Shown in pieces: positions 1 to 9,895 of a DNA stretch of 64,000 nucleotides (positions are counted from its first letter, which is position 1; each line of letters begins with the position of its first letter). The stretch is from assembly GCA_964458565.1 (NCBI GenBank), contig CAYWJO010000010.1:20473-84472 (forward strand), in the 5' to 3' direction. The notes below the pieces were generated by a model. The model saw only the letters and a program-made list of their open reading frames with translations, was not told the DNA's origin and ran no database searches. Both the position numbers and the translations under genes were made by a program. Source of the stretch: an uncultured archaeon (GTDB lineage Archaea; Asgardarchaeota; Thorarchaeia; Thorarchaeales; Thorarchaeaceae).

Positions 1-983
1 ACCTGGTAGGGATGATCGTGAATGACCTCAATTGCATCATTGAAATTATTCTTACTATTAATAGCTAGAATGACTCCTCGATTGTACAAGCTTAAGAGAA
101 CTCTCTGAAAGTCAAGATATTCAACACCGGGAGATGTAGTACCAAGTTTAATTCCGTCCATGCCATCCTCACCAATGACACCACCCCATAGTGTATTATC
201 CAAATCAAGCACTATGCATTTCTTCGTGAGCCCTTTCAGAGCACGGATGTAGCGCATATATTCATCAGCTAGTTGCAGTGTGAAATCCTCGCTGAATGAA
301 ACAGATCCTCGATAGTAAGTATTCCAGTTCACCATCTTCGATTTTCCAAATGAGGAGGCTACTGTATCTACATCAACAACTTGCACTCTATCTGACTTGA
401 GGAATGTATCTTCAAGAAATTGATTTGCTGTTCTAAAGAACTCCCTTATGCCTAAACTCTGTTTTCCGTCAACAATACCAAACGGACTGAAATGAGGTAT
501 CACAAAATTATTCACAAGAATCAATGCCTTGGATTCTTTCTCAAGATTCTTCACCACTGATACTACTTCATTTACCATGTGTTTTAGCTTCGCCTCGCGC
601 TCCTTTTCGTTCATTCTAGGATAATTTGAAATGAATGAGTCTTCAAGGACTGACCAACCATCAACTGAGAGTATAACAATATCAGGTGCAAATCTGAAGA
701 GTTCTGAGTTCTTGTCAAGTCCTTCTTGTCGAAATGTATTGAACCCACCAATCCAAGTTTCAGGAGATAAATTCTCCAAACGGGACTTGATTGAAATACA
801 GGCAGCAAGGGGCTCAAGAGTTGATGAACCAATGACAGCTAAACGCATACTCTGTTTCTCATCCGTGGAGGCGGCAGGGGATAACTGCTCAATCTTCTTG
901 AAGGCACTCCAATGGCTAAGATATGTAGGATTCTCTCGTACAGCCGCTAGTATCCTCTGAAGTTTGGAATCAATCTCTTCCAT
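1..983 (-). CDS. FkbH-like HAD-IIIC phosphatase/glyceryl transferase (runs off the window edge; not in ORF track)
   Basis: Manual translation from ATG at 983: MEEIDSKLQ...RLAVIGSSTLEPL...KKCIVLDLDNTLWGGVIGEDG...RGVILAINSKNN, the FkbH signature. Confidence 0.9.
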   Translation of the reverse strand, partial: MEEIDSKLQRILAAVRENPTYLSHWSAFKKIEQLSPAASTDEKQSMRLAVIGSSTLEPLAACISIKSRLENLSPETWIGGFNTFRQEGLDKNSELFRFAPDIVILSVDGWSVLEDSFISNYPRMNEKEREAKLKHMVNEVVSVVKNLEKESKALILVNNFVIPHFSPFGIVDGKQSLGIREFFRTANQFLEDTFLKSDRVQVVDVDTVASSFGKSKMVNWNTYYRGSVSFSEDFTLQLADEYMRYIRALKGLTKKCIVLDLDNTLWGGVIGEDGMDGIKLGTTSPGVEYLDFQRVLLSLYNRGVILAINSKNNFNDAIEVIHDHPYQ

Positions 984-988
984 AACGC

Positions 989-1444
989 TCACTCGTCTGG
1001 CAGTATTTCACGCACAACTTCGTTTAGTAGTTTCTGTGTTGACATTGAAACATCCAAATCATTCTCATCAAATATGAGAACTACTGCTGCTGCATATTCA
1101 GAGGTGTGGGAAAGACTAAGTGATATTTTAAGTTTGGACGAATCTGGTAGGTGAATCTGAGGTGCTCCTATTTCATCACGAAGCACCTCAATCATCTGCA
1201 TTCCGAGTGGCGTTTCTGCGTTCAAAGCTTTAACTACTGCTTCTTTACCAGCGAAAGTCACGGCAAGATGAGGTGCAGGATCACTATATCTGTAACAATA
1301 GTCTATTTCACGTTCGGAGAAGACCCGCGTAACGAATTGTGAACCTTTAGATAATCCTCTAAATCGCTTTATTTCGGTAAGGTCTGCACCAATACTGAAT
1401 TTTGGATGAGATGGGATTTCATTCACCTGTTGTCGGGATATCAC
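989..1444 (-). CDS. acpS: Holo-ACP synthase (AcpS-type 4'-phosphopantetheinyl transferase)
   Basis: IGADLTEIKRF, VFSEREIDYC, FAGKEAVVKAL, GAP, ISLSLSHTSEYAAAVV motifs. Confidence 0.9.
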   Translation of the reverse strand: MISRQQVNEIPSHPKFSIGADLTEIKRFRGLSKGSQFVTRVFSEREIDYCYRYSDPAPHLAVTFAGKEAVVKALNAETPLGMQMIEVLRDEIGAPQIHLPDSSKLKISLSLSHTSEYAAAVVLIFDENDLDVSMSTQKLLNEVVREILPDE

Positions 1445-1473
1445 AGTGGAGCTCTTCTTATAATGCTAGTGAA

Positions 1474-2808
1474 TCATCGCCAAGTTTGTTTAACATTGGA
1501 CTTGACTAGGTAGAAAATGACTCCGACAATAATTATGAGCGAACCAATTCCACTGATGATAATCATAGTACTTTCCATTACATAGATTGGAGCATTAATA
1601 CTATCGACCGTTTGAATTGATGTGGTACCATAGTTACCAAATTCATCAATCGCGACAACCAGATATTGCACAGACGTATTGTACCCAGGCCATGGAATTA
1701 CTGCTTGCCAAAGAGTGTCTGAAAGGTAAGTCATGGATTTATTGAAGGGGGTCGTTGCCCATTCATCGAATGAATAGAATAGTAAAACTTCCTGAATCGC
1801 ACTTTCATCCTCAATTGTGGCACTGACAGTAATGGAACCCCCAGCTTGAAGTGGACTATTCTGTGCAGTAATAACTGGTGCATTAGATTCATGAATATGA
1901 GAAAATCCAAATTCAATAACATTTGCTACATAGTTCATTCCATCGAGCGTAACATCATAGTATTCTTCTGTACACATCGGCATATAGTCAGCATAAGGTG
2001 AAGCACCTGAAACCACGAGAACACTGTCGCCATCTAAACCCATTCCAAATTCAATAGTACAACCAACAAATGCGCCTTCATCGCCATCATCGTGCGCAAA
2101 AGGAGGAAGAAAATCAGAGTCTAAAATTGCCGCAGACTGGTTATAATATAGAATCGGATAGACATTGGATATTGTTGTAGTTTCGAGAGGGACTGCATTT
2201 GCATTCTCTCCAGGAGAGGCACTATTACTACCATAAAGAAGTGTGGGTCCATGAAGTAGTATTTTGTTTACACCTTCTCCGATTTGAACCACCACAGGAT
2301 TCGAACTAGTACCGGTTGCAACAACACGATATGAGGCTACGCAGTTTGATATTGGATCATATACAGAGGTTGGTTCCCCATAGACATGTGAACCGATTGT
2401 TTCAAGAATCGTTGTCATGTTATCATTGATGTAAGTATAACCACCATAGTCCGAGTCATACCCTATCCACATGAATTTTCCACCAAAATTATACCATACA
2501 GATATAGCAGCAATCTCATCTAAAGTAAACCCATTCTCAATACCATAGATGGAGCCTATGATTAAACCATCAGCAACTGAGAGTATACTAGTATTAAGTC
2601 CACCTTTCGCGAAGATCACGGTATGGCCAAGAGAGGTGAGCTGATCGGCAAGCTGAGCATCAAGATTGGCTACATAGGAGCTATATTGGCCATGAGAATA
2701 ATCAAAGACAATAGTTTTCTGTTCAATATCAGGAGCTATCACGCATTCTGGAAGAATCCCAATTATCAAAAGTGAACCAATTAATATCAGGCTAAGACGG
2801 TACCGCAA
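1474..2808 (-). CDS. Secreted, C-terminally anchored surface protein (GATase-like/DUF4350-type domain plus Ig-like domain); paralog of 2897-4285
   Basis: Signal peptide, IVFDYSHGQ motif, C-terminal TM helix plus basic tail; strong similarity to neighbouring ORF. Confidence 0.65.
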   Translation of the reverse strand: MRYRLSLILIGSLLIIGILPECVIAPDIEQKTIVFDYSHGQYSSYVANLDAQLADQLTSLGHTVIFAKGGLNTSILSVADGLIIGSIYGIENGFTLDEIAAISVWYNFGGKFMWIGYDSDYGGYTYINDNMTTILETIGSHVYGEPTSVYDPISNCVASYRVVATGTSSNPVVVQIGEGVNKILLHGPTLLYGSNSASPGENANAVPLETTTISNVYPILYYNQSAAILDSDFLPPFAHDDGDEGAFVGCTIEFGMGLDGDSVLVVSGASPYADYMPMCTEEYYDVTLDGMNYVANVIEFGFSHIHESNAPVITAQNSPLQAGGSITVSATIEDESAIQEVLLFYSFDEWATTPFNKSMTYLSDTLWQAVIPWPGYNTSVQYLVVAIDEFGNYGTTSIQTVDSINAPIYVMESTMIIISGIGSLIIIVGVIFYLVKSNVKQTWR

Positions 2809-2896
2809 CAGCCCACCTCAATCTAACTTTTCTGCTTTTCTTAATATATTAATTGTACTATTTATGAGTACATAAAGTAATGCTCTTGGAGAGAAT

Positions 2897-4285
2897 TTAT
2901 CCTCCTCGTGATCTACCACGGATATATACCACAACTGCAACTATAACAATTGCTACAACAATTCCACCTATGATCAATACTAAACTCAAATCGAATGGAG
3001 GTGGTGGTGTTGAAGATGTTTCAGATGTTGTTGTAGTAGATGTCGAAGTCGTCGTAGTCGCTTCAATACCCATCACTGTGTATATTTCAGATATACCAAA
3101 ATTCCCATACAAATCAAAGGCGTAGACAACATAAGTAATTGGAGTTTCAAATCCGGGCCAGGGGATTGTTCCGGTCCACAAATCTGGTCCAAACTGAGTC
3201 ATATTGATCATACTCGGAGCAACCAATGTATCATTGTAAGAATACAATAGTACAACCATGGAAAGACTATTCTCATCCATAACTGTTGCATTCACAAAGA
3301 AGGCAGTATTTGCAATTAATGAGCTACTCTCAAGTGTAACTGACGGAGGATTGGTTTCATGTGCAGATTTGATACCTAAGTCGATTGTCTGCGAAACGAA
3401 GGTATTTCCTTGAAGTACCTTATCATAATACAAATCATCACACATCGGTCTGTAGTCACCATAAGGACTTGCACCTGAAACTACCAATACACTAGAGTTA
3501 TCATCACAGAGACCAAATTCGATCGTTGCGGCAACAAATGCACCCGTATCATCGATGTCATGAGCTATTGGGGGGTCCGGTTCATTGTCAGTTATGACTG
3601 CAGACTCATTATAGTATAGTATCGGATAAACATTCTCAAGAGTAGTATCTTCCATTGCAATCGGATTCACACCTTCACCAGGACTATTTGAAGAACTACC
3701 GTAAAGAAGAGTTCCAGCATGCATTAGAATGGCTTCAACATTCATCCCCGTACCAGATACTAACGGATTGCTGCTTGTCCCTGTAGCGATAGTGCGATAT
3801 GCTGCACCTGCATTTGAAATTGGATCCAGAATAGATGCGGACTCTGGATAAACATGTGAGCCAACACCTTCCAGTATTCGACTCATATTCCCGTTGATAA
3901 ATGGTCCATCATAATCATTATCGCAGCCTATCCACATGAACTTACTACCATTATTGAACCATTCAGTTATTGCATCAATCTCAGATTGATCGAATGCATT
4001 AGTCGCAGGATAAACCGAACTTACAATCAGTGCTTTTGCATCTGAAAGGATTGATGAGTTCAACCCACCTCGTGCCCAAACGACTTGGTATCCCAAATTA
4101 ATGAGAGTTGTTTCTAGAGCTAAATCAATATCACTAACTAAATCGTTCTTCTGACCATGAGAGTAATCAAACACAATAATGTTTGATTCTGGTTCATCAG
4201 CAAGTGCTAAACCTACAGACGTGGATAAGAATAAACCAAAGAGTAAGATTCCTAGAACTGAGATTCGCCTCATATTAACCACCAC
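2897..4285 (-). CDS. Secreted, C-terminally anchored surface protein with Thr/Ser/Pro linker; paralog of 1474-2808
   Basis: Signal peptide, IVFDYSHGQ, shared blocks (GGLNSSILS, KFMWIG, VLVVSGASPY), TTTTSTSTTTT linker, TM plus RGRSRGG. Confidence 0.65.
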   Translation of the reverse strand: MVVNMRRISVLGILLFGLFLSTSVGLALADEPESNIIVFDYSHGQKNDLVSDIDLALETTLINLGYQVVWARGGLNSSILSDAKALIVSSVYPATNAFDQSEIDAITEWFNNGSKFMWIGCDNDYDGPFINGNMSRILEGVGSHVYPESASILDPISNAGAAYRTIATGTSSNPLVSGTGMNVEAILMHAGTLLYGSSSNSPGEGVNPIAMEDTTLENVYPILYYNESAVITDNEPDPPIAHDIDDTGAFVAATIEFGLCDDNSSVLVVSGASPYGDYRPMCDDLYYDKVLQGNTFVSQTIDLGIKSAHETNPPSVTLESSSLIANTAFFVNATVMDENSLSMVVLLYSYNDTLVAPSMINMTQFGPDLWTGTIPWPGFETPITYVVYAFDLYGNFGISEIYTVMGIEATTTTSTSTTTTSETSSTPPPPFDLSLVLIIGGIVVAIVIVAVVVYIRGRSRGG

Positions 4286-4335
4286 TAGGCAATAAAATTC
4301 AACAAGCCACTATAAAAACCTAGTCGAATCAGTAA

Positions 4336-5769
4336 CTAGCCCATCTTTTCAGATGGCTCAAGAACTGCAGTGGACCATGAGTAACGTTCAAGAATTCTAT
4401 TCAATAGACGCTTAACCTTGAACTGTTCAGATGTACCAGAATAAGCTAATAATAAAACCAATCCCCCGCGAGTTCGTTTAAATTTCTGATACATAGTCTT
4501 GGTCGTGTTAATAGTATCGCATACAACCATTACTTCAGCTTGTGGTATATCGAGGTCTCTCTCACCAACAGGTGACATCACTAAGACCCGCTTATCTGAG
4601 TCTTCTCGGAATTGTCTCAAGATATCCCCTTTGTCTTGTGTCTGTCCGGTTATTTCAAGAGTTGCAAGACCTGCTTTTTCCAAAAGAGACTTGATTTGTG
4701 ATACCATTTCTAAATATGATGTGAGGACAAGTGTTTTCTCATGCCTTACTGCAATGTCTAACACCTTAACAGCCTTTGATGAAATGTCAGGTAACACTCG
4801 ACGTAGTTCACTTACATTGAAGTAATGTTTGAGATAATCATTATAAAACATCTTCAGAAACTGTTTTGGGGGCATTGCGTATACATATTTTCGAATCATC
4901 AAGAGACCTGAGTACTGCCCTTTTAGCTCGTCATCAACAGGTAGTCGCTCTAAAAGCAAGTGAATTCTTCTTGTATCACCTTCTATAATGTCAAGATTGT
5001 CACTTTCTTTTAATTCTCTAACGATTTCACTTCGAACATTTCTGATGAGTTCATCTATTACTTTGGATATTGACTGTATCTTGGCATCAAAAACTGTTTC
5101 AATCGAGAGGAATGTAGGCTCAAGGTAATCGTCAACATCTGTATCGTACAAATCCTCCATCGATAGCACTTGGGAACCTGGGATGAATCTCTGAAGAGTC
5201 TTGATTTCTTTGCGAATCTCTAGTTGTTCATTAGAGAAGACTGCATGGTCATCCCGTAGTGTCCCACTCATTCCAATAAGCCACTTCCCTGACAGAAGTG
5301 TCAACAGGGTAGACCAAGGAAATACCAGAGCAGTTCTAACACTCGTCCTTTTAATTAGAGTGTCCACTTCGTTGATGAGTATAGCATCAATATGCTCAAT
5401 TAATTCGGGATTTTTCTGCAAAACGCGTTCCAAAGTTTGTGAAGTCGCAACTATGACTCTTTTTTCTTGGAGCATGACTTTCCTGTAACCAGATGGAATG
5501 CGAGAGGATATCTCACCAAGATCATCATCGAGACCTCCATATTCCCCTTTCAAGTAATCGACAGTTTCTGCAAGTGATGATGATGAATGAACCACAATGA
5601 TGAATCGAGCTTCAGGAAACTTCTCTGTAACCAGCTGATGAGTGATGAATCGTTTTCCAAGCCCACAATCCAATTCGATGAGAAGGTTGGTTCCTTTTAG
5701 TGATGCAACTTTATCCAGGATATACTCTTGGTATCCACGTGGAGTATATTTGGGATTTGCTTCAGTCAT
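4336..5769 (-). CDS. Hef/ERCC4-like SF2 helicase homolog with degenerate motifs
   Basis: PRGYQ Q-motif, LDCGLGKR (Walker A-like), INEVD in place of DEAH, MSGT, ERDLDIP; no nuclease domain. Confidence 0.7.
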   Translation of the reverse strand: MTEANPKYTPRGYQEYILDKVASLKGTNLLIELDCGLGKRFITHQLVTEKFPEARFIIVVHSSSSLAETVDYLKGEYGGLDDDLGEISSRIPSGYRKVMLQEKRVIVATSQTLERVLQKNPELIEHIDAILINEVDTLIKRTSVRTALVFPWSTLLTLLSGKWLIGMSGTLRDDHAVFSNEQLEIRKEIKTLQRFIPGSQVLSMEDLYDTDVDDYLEPTFLSIETVFDAKIQSISKVIDELIRNVRSEIVRELKESDNLDIIEGDTRRIHLLLERLPVDDELKGQYSGLLMIRKYVYAMPPKQFLKMFYNDYLKHYFNVSELRRVLPDISSKAVKVLDIAVRHEKTLVLTSYLEMVSQIKSLLEKAGLATLEITGQTQDKGDILRQFREDSDKRVLVMSPVGERDLDIPQAEVMVVCDTINTTKTMYQKFKRTRGGLVLLLAYSGTSEQFKVKRLLNRILERYSWSTAVLEPSEKMG

Positions 5770-5806
5770 CTTATCAGCTCGTTAGGATTGCACTATAATA
5801 ACACAT

Positions 5807-6208
5807 CTAGAATGCCTTGAAAACCTTAGCTAAAGAGGGCCCTTTAACATGCATCTTAAACTCGTTGAACATGCCGAATGGTACGATGTGTACATCAAAA
5901 TCACGGTCTCTTAACCTTTGAGCGGTCTCTTCGATTATCGAGTCGGCAAACTCAGAATCCGCCTTGCTGTCACCAAGATGCGCAAAAGAGTGGAGAATTA
6001 TCGAATTGCAGCCCACCTTCTTGCTCATCCACTTTATGTTCTTTACCATCTTTCGTAACACAGCAATCTCGTCTGTTTCGTCCTTCTTCTCTGACTGAAT
6101 CCAAACGAGAATGGATTCGCTGAATTTCCTAGACTTCGGACTCTTCTCTGAGTCATCGAGATGAGGTTGGAACCAGAATTCCTCAACATGGAACATCAGG
6201 AGCCGCAA
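5807..6208 (-). CDS. Free-standing archaeal threonyl-tRNA synthetase editing domain
   Basis: MRLLMFH N-terminus, LHSFAHL, PFG..EFKMHVKGPSLA motifs. Confidence 0.85.
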   Translation of the reverse strand: MRLLMFHVEEFWFQPHLDDSEKSPKSRKFSESILVWIQSEKKDETDEIAVLRKMVKNIKWMSKKVGCNSIILHSFAHLGDSKADSEFADSIIEETAQRLRDRDFDVHIVPFGMFNEFKMHVKGPSLAKVFKAF

Positions 6209-6356
6209 TTGATATCCTCCAATTCAATTCATCATCTCAGTTGTGCCTTTTAAGTCTGGACCAAGTCATAGAACGTTCGCTTTAGAAACAGATATAGAGG
6301 CTTGATGATGGCTAACGCCAGACATTGATTGAAAGCACGTGCAAGGAGTCCATTTT

Positions 6357-7586
6357 ATGAACTATGACCTTATTATAGCGGGTACAGGCCCAGCCGGATT
6401 GATGACAGCAGAACGCGCTGCAGCAAAGGGATTGAAGACATTAGTTTTAGAAAAGAGAGCATCAGTTACAGATTCCCTTATGGGGGAACTTGTCACTGAT
6501 AAAGCACTTAGATTCTTGCGAGTGCAACCTACTTCAGAATACGTTGGAAACAAATACACATCTATTGTTGGAGAGAGTCTCGATACTGGCGCAAGTATTT
6601 CTGTAGGAAAAGGACTTCTTGGAAATTCATACATTCTTGGCGAAGATAAATGTCAAGAGCTGATGCGTGATAGAGCACTTGCAGATGGTGCGGAGATCAG
6701 GTACAAATCCCGTGTTAAATCAGTAATAAAAGACGACGGTGTTGTTGTAGGTGTAAAGTACAATAATGATGAAGCTGTAAGAGCAGGACTTACTGTAGGA
6801 GCGGATGGCTCGTTCAGCAGGGTTTCAGAAACTTCAGGCTTCACACATCCTAAGTGGTTACTGAGTTATGGTATTCGTTGGAAGCTTGAAGGATGCAAAG
6901 ATATTGATCCGGGAGTGGCGTATTTCTATGTAGGAAAAGATGTCGGCCTCGGTTATCTCTGGCTGTACCCGAGGAGTGAAACTGAAGTAAATCTAGGAAT
7001 TGGCCGTGTACCATCCTCTAGAGAGATATGGGAAAAACTTCCACCGATGAAAGACGTTCTTGCAAAGTATAAGGAGATATTACCTGGTTTAAAAAATTCC
7101 AAGATTGCTTCAATAAATGGGGGTGTTGTTCCCTGTGCAGGATTGATTCCCAGGTTCAGTGACGCAGGAGTTGCATTATGTGGTAATTCTGCGGGGCAGG
7201 TCTCAAGTATTGTTGGCGGTGGTGTTACTACATGCTTCCATGCAGGAACTGTTCTAGCGAAACACGCCGCACGAGCAGCTGATGAGAATGACTACTCGAA
7301 GAAAAGTATCCAGATGTACGAAAAGGACTACAGAAAGAGCAAACTTGCTCACAACATTGTGAATACGGGGAAAGGATTCTGGAGCATCTCCAAGTATGCA
7401 ATGTTCAATGATCCAATGGAAGCTGCGGAGATTGTGCTGGACCAATTAGATGCTAGAACATTGAATGCTCTTATTCAAGGTGAAGCAGGGGTGTCTGACA
7501 TCATGACACTGCTAACTGACTTTTTACCAATGGTTCTGAGAATCGGTAAGGGCTATCTGAAGAGTCTCGCAGTGAGTGGACTGTAG
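6357..7586 (+). CDS. Geranylgeranyl reductase family FAD oxidoreductase
   Basis: YDLIIAGTGPAG, GADG, GYLWLYP, GGVVP, GNSAGQV..GGG; ATG at 6357 preferred over GTG at 6339. Confidence 0.85.
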   Translation: MNYDLIIAGTGPAGLMTAERAAAKGLKTLVLEKRASVTDSLMGELVTDKALRFLRVQPTSEYVGNKYTSIVGESLDTGASISVGKGLLGNSYILGEDKCQELMRDRALADGAEIRYKSRVKSVIKDDGVVVGVKYNNDEAVRAGLTVGADGSFSRVSETSGFTHPKWLLSYGIRWKLEGCKDIDPGVAYFYVGKDVGLGYLWLYPRSETEVNLGIGRVPSSREIWEKLPPMKDVLAKYKEILPGLKNSKIASINGGVVPCAGLIPRFSDAGVALCGNSAGQVSSIVGGGVTTCFHAGTVLAKHAARAADENDYSKKSIQMYEKDYRKSKLAHNIVNTGKGFWSISKYAMFNDPMEAAEIVLDQLDARTLNALIQGEAGVSDIMTLLTDFLPMVLRIGKGYLKSLAVSGL

Positions 7587-7597
7587 AAGTGAGTATG

Positions 7598-7648
7598 TGT
7601 ATGAAGCAAGGAATAGGGTCCGCCCCCACCCTATTCCTGCTTCGTGCA
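7598..7648 (+). terminator. Long stem-loop 3' of the GGR gene
   Basis: tgtatgaagcaaggaatagggt / accctattcctgcttcgtgca with one bulge; G-U pairs favour the + strand. Confidence 0.55.
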
Positions 7649-7927
7649 TCTATATTCGATGCATATGCCCGGCTGTCTTCGTAGAAACGTTCAGAACGTT
7701 ATCACGAATAAGCCCCTCAGGATAGAAGGGCAAGTATACAGTTGACACAAAGCATATAAAAATATGTCATATCGTGAAGTGATATAAAGTTAGTATGTTG
7801 GAAGTGAGTTATCAAGTTTGGTTATCTCAATTCCGCATTCATACATTTCAAGTAAACTTGTGTAAGGCGATGAATTTATCTATCTTGAAAGTACTGCGAA
7901 CTTGGAGCTATTGAGGGTGATAGTAAA

Positions 7928-8941
7928 ATGACCGATGACCAAGATGCGGCTGTTAGCCTAGCTAGTATAGGTTTACCTTACGACTCTAGAGCATTGAATG
8001 TTCTCGGAGTGATTCTCAGACTAGCTGAAGAAACCTCACAACCGGCAACGTCGACACAGATTCATGAAGCCATAATTACAGAACAAACAGATACCGAGAT
8101 TACAAAGACATGGGTTCATCGGGTTATCAAGAGCCTTCTCGAAACGCATCTTATTCGCAGTGATTCAGAAAAAGCATATAGGAAGAGGTACATGACAGAT
8201 ATCGGTACCATTGTGGTGGGACTTGAACATTTGAAATCTCAAGCCATCATTAAAGCAAGTGAAGAGCAAAAGGATATAGCTGAAAGAATAAGGAAAATCG
8301 AAAGCATTGACACAGAACTTATTGGAGAAAAGATGATAGAAAGTATTACTGGAGTCAAGCAAAGACTGAATTCTAGATTCATCAGAGGATTGGATGAATT
8401 TCATCGAGTCACCAATTATTCAATTTACCAGATTGCGAAAAAGGGAGATGTAATCAGAAATTGTATGCTTTGGGTGGAGCCATTTCTGACTGAAGATCTA
8501 CCTCAAAGAATTCAGAGACTAATGGAAGCCGCTGAAAAAGGTGTAGAAGTGAGATATTTTGTCACAGAGGAATTCACATCAGCGGAACCGTCGATTCTCC
8601 AGACGCTGAGCCCAGAAGCGATTCGTCACTTCGTAGCTACATTTCTCGATCTGGCAAAATCAGGTAAGAAAATAGAGTTCCGGCTATACAGGGGACCAAA
8701 AAACACATACCAATTTGCGAGCCTGAATCAAGACCGTATTGCTTTCTTCCTGACATATGACCCCTTAACTGCAGTTTATTTCACTCAAGACTTCAATCCG
8801 GATCTCATACGTAATTGTGTATCTACATTCGATGAATATTGGGAAGATGCCCCATTGTTCTTTGAATGGATAGCTAGTCATTCCAAAGATGAGAGAGGAG
8901 GAGATTTTGCTAGGATAATTGCATCGGTGATGGAAAAATGA
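7928..8941 (+). CDS. TrmB-like regulator (wHTH, coiled coil, PLD-like effector domain), copy 1
   Basis: N-terminal HTH (TKTWVHRVIKSLLETHLI), coiled coil, GVEVRYFV, YQFASLN, FDEYWEDA. Confidence 0.7.
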   Translation: MTDDQDAAVSLASIGLPYDSRALNVLGVILRLAEETSQPATSTQIHEAIITEQTDTEITKTWVHRVIKSLLETHLIRSDSEKAYRKRYMTDIGTIVVGLEHLKSQAIIKASEEQKDIAERIRKIESIDTELIGEKMIESITGVKQRLNSRFIRGLDEFHRVTNYSIYQIAKKGDVIRNCMLWVEPFLTEDLPQRIQRLMEAAEKGVEVRYFVTEEFTSAEPSILQTLSPEAIRHFVATFLDLAKSGKKIEFRLYRGPKNTYQFASLNQDRIAFFLTYDPLTAVYFTQDFNPDLIRNCVSTFDEYWEDAPLFFEWIASHSKDERGGDFARIIASVMEK

Positions 8942-8961
8942 ATCATCTTGAATTGGAGTGA

Positions 8962-9894
8962 GTGATATTGACCCAAGTAGGAAAAGCAGAGAGTATTTTC
9001 GACAAACTAGGGATTGATATTTCGGATAAACGAATGAGAGTACTGGCTTCCATTCTTGTTCTTGAAGAAGAAGTTGGGACTATGTTTAGCTTTGAAGAAA
9101 TTTACAAGAAACTTAGAGAGATTGAAGGTAAGCACCCTGGAAAAAAACCCCTGATATACAGATATCTAACAACCTTGGAAGAGAGCGGTTTTATCGAAAT
9201 AAACAGATATGGATACCGCCATGAGTATCGAAGTGATTTTCACAGAATCCAAAGAGCATTTGAGAATATCAAAAAAACAAGAATCAGAGATTTGGAAGAA
9301 AAAAGAAACGGATTGAGAGATCTAAAAGATTTCCTTTTAAAGATTGATTTGAACGATTTGTCCTCAACTTTGATCCAGGATTTGACAGGCTCAAAACCTC
9401 AGATGAAACCTAGATATGCATTGGGGCCGGAGAATGTTTATTGGTTAATAGATAGAGAGATTTATGCTAAAGCCGGAAGTGGAGATATAATCCGTTTTGT
9501 ACTTGATTGGGTCAATCCCGAAATGGAAGCCAAGTTAAATCGTCAGGAATGGGGAGATCAGCTTCTTAGTAAGAACATAGAAATCAAAACACTATTGCAA
9601 AAGGAATCCCTGATGGATGATAGCGTATATGCACGTCGAGCAACACCTTATAGAGAATGGAAGAAGAAGGGATGGAAAATTGGTGTACGAATAAGACTTG
9701 ATTCAAGCAAATCGTATCAGTTTGCATCCTTGAATGAGGACGGTATAGTGCTTATCGTCGCAGAGAATCCGCTAACAGCTACATGGATTCCAAGAGAAAC
9801 AAATCCCTCCCTCGTACAGGATGCAATAGAGAGATTTGATCTGGATTTTGAGAATTCTTTCGACCCCGAAAGCATATTTTCTGATAGGGGGTAA
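8962..9894 (+). CDS. TrmB-like regulator, copy 2
   Basis: KKPLIYRYLTTLEESGFI HTH, coiled coil, YQFASLN...PLTATW. Confidence 0.7.
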   Translation: MILTQVGKAESIFDKLGIDISDKRMRVLASILVLEEEVGTMFSFEEIYKKLREIEGKHPGKKPLIYRYLTTLEESGFIEINRYGYRHEYRSDFHRIQRAFENIKKTRIRDLEEKRNGLRDLKDFLLKIDLNDLSSTLIQDLTGSKPQMKPRYALGPENVYWLIDREIYAKAGSGDIIRFVLDWVNPEMEAKLNRQEWGDQLLSKNIEIKTLLQKESLMDDSVYARRATPYREWKKKGWKIGVRIRLDSSKSYQFASLNEDGIVLIVAENPLTATWIPRETNPSLVQDAIERFDLDFENSFDPESIFSDRG

Positions 9895-9895
9895 G

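Noticed and set aside
611-960. ORF-track entries 611-832 and 631-960, and similar short antisense or alternate-frame ORFs throughout
   Set aside because: Shadows of longer motif-bearing genes (here the FkbH-like gene) with no independent signatures.
2995-3062. Tandem DNA repeat or CRISPR-like array
   Set aside because: It is the coding sequence of a Thr/Ser/Pro linker; no repeat-spacer periodicity was seen anywhere in the window.
7598-7648. SECIS element (ATGA at the stem base)
   Set aside because: No matching GA on the 3' side, and GGR has no in-frame TGA.
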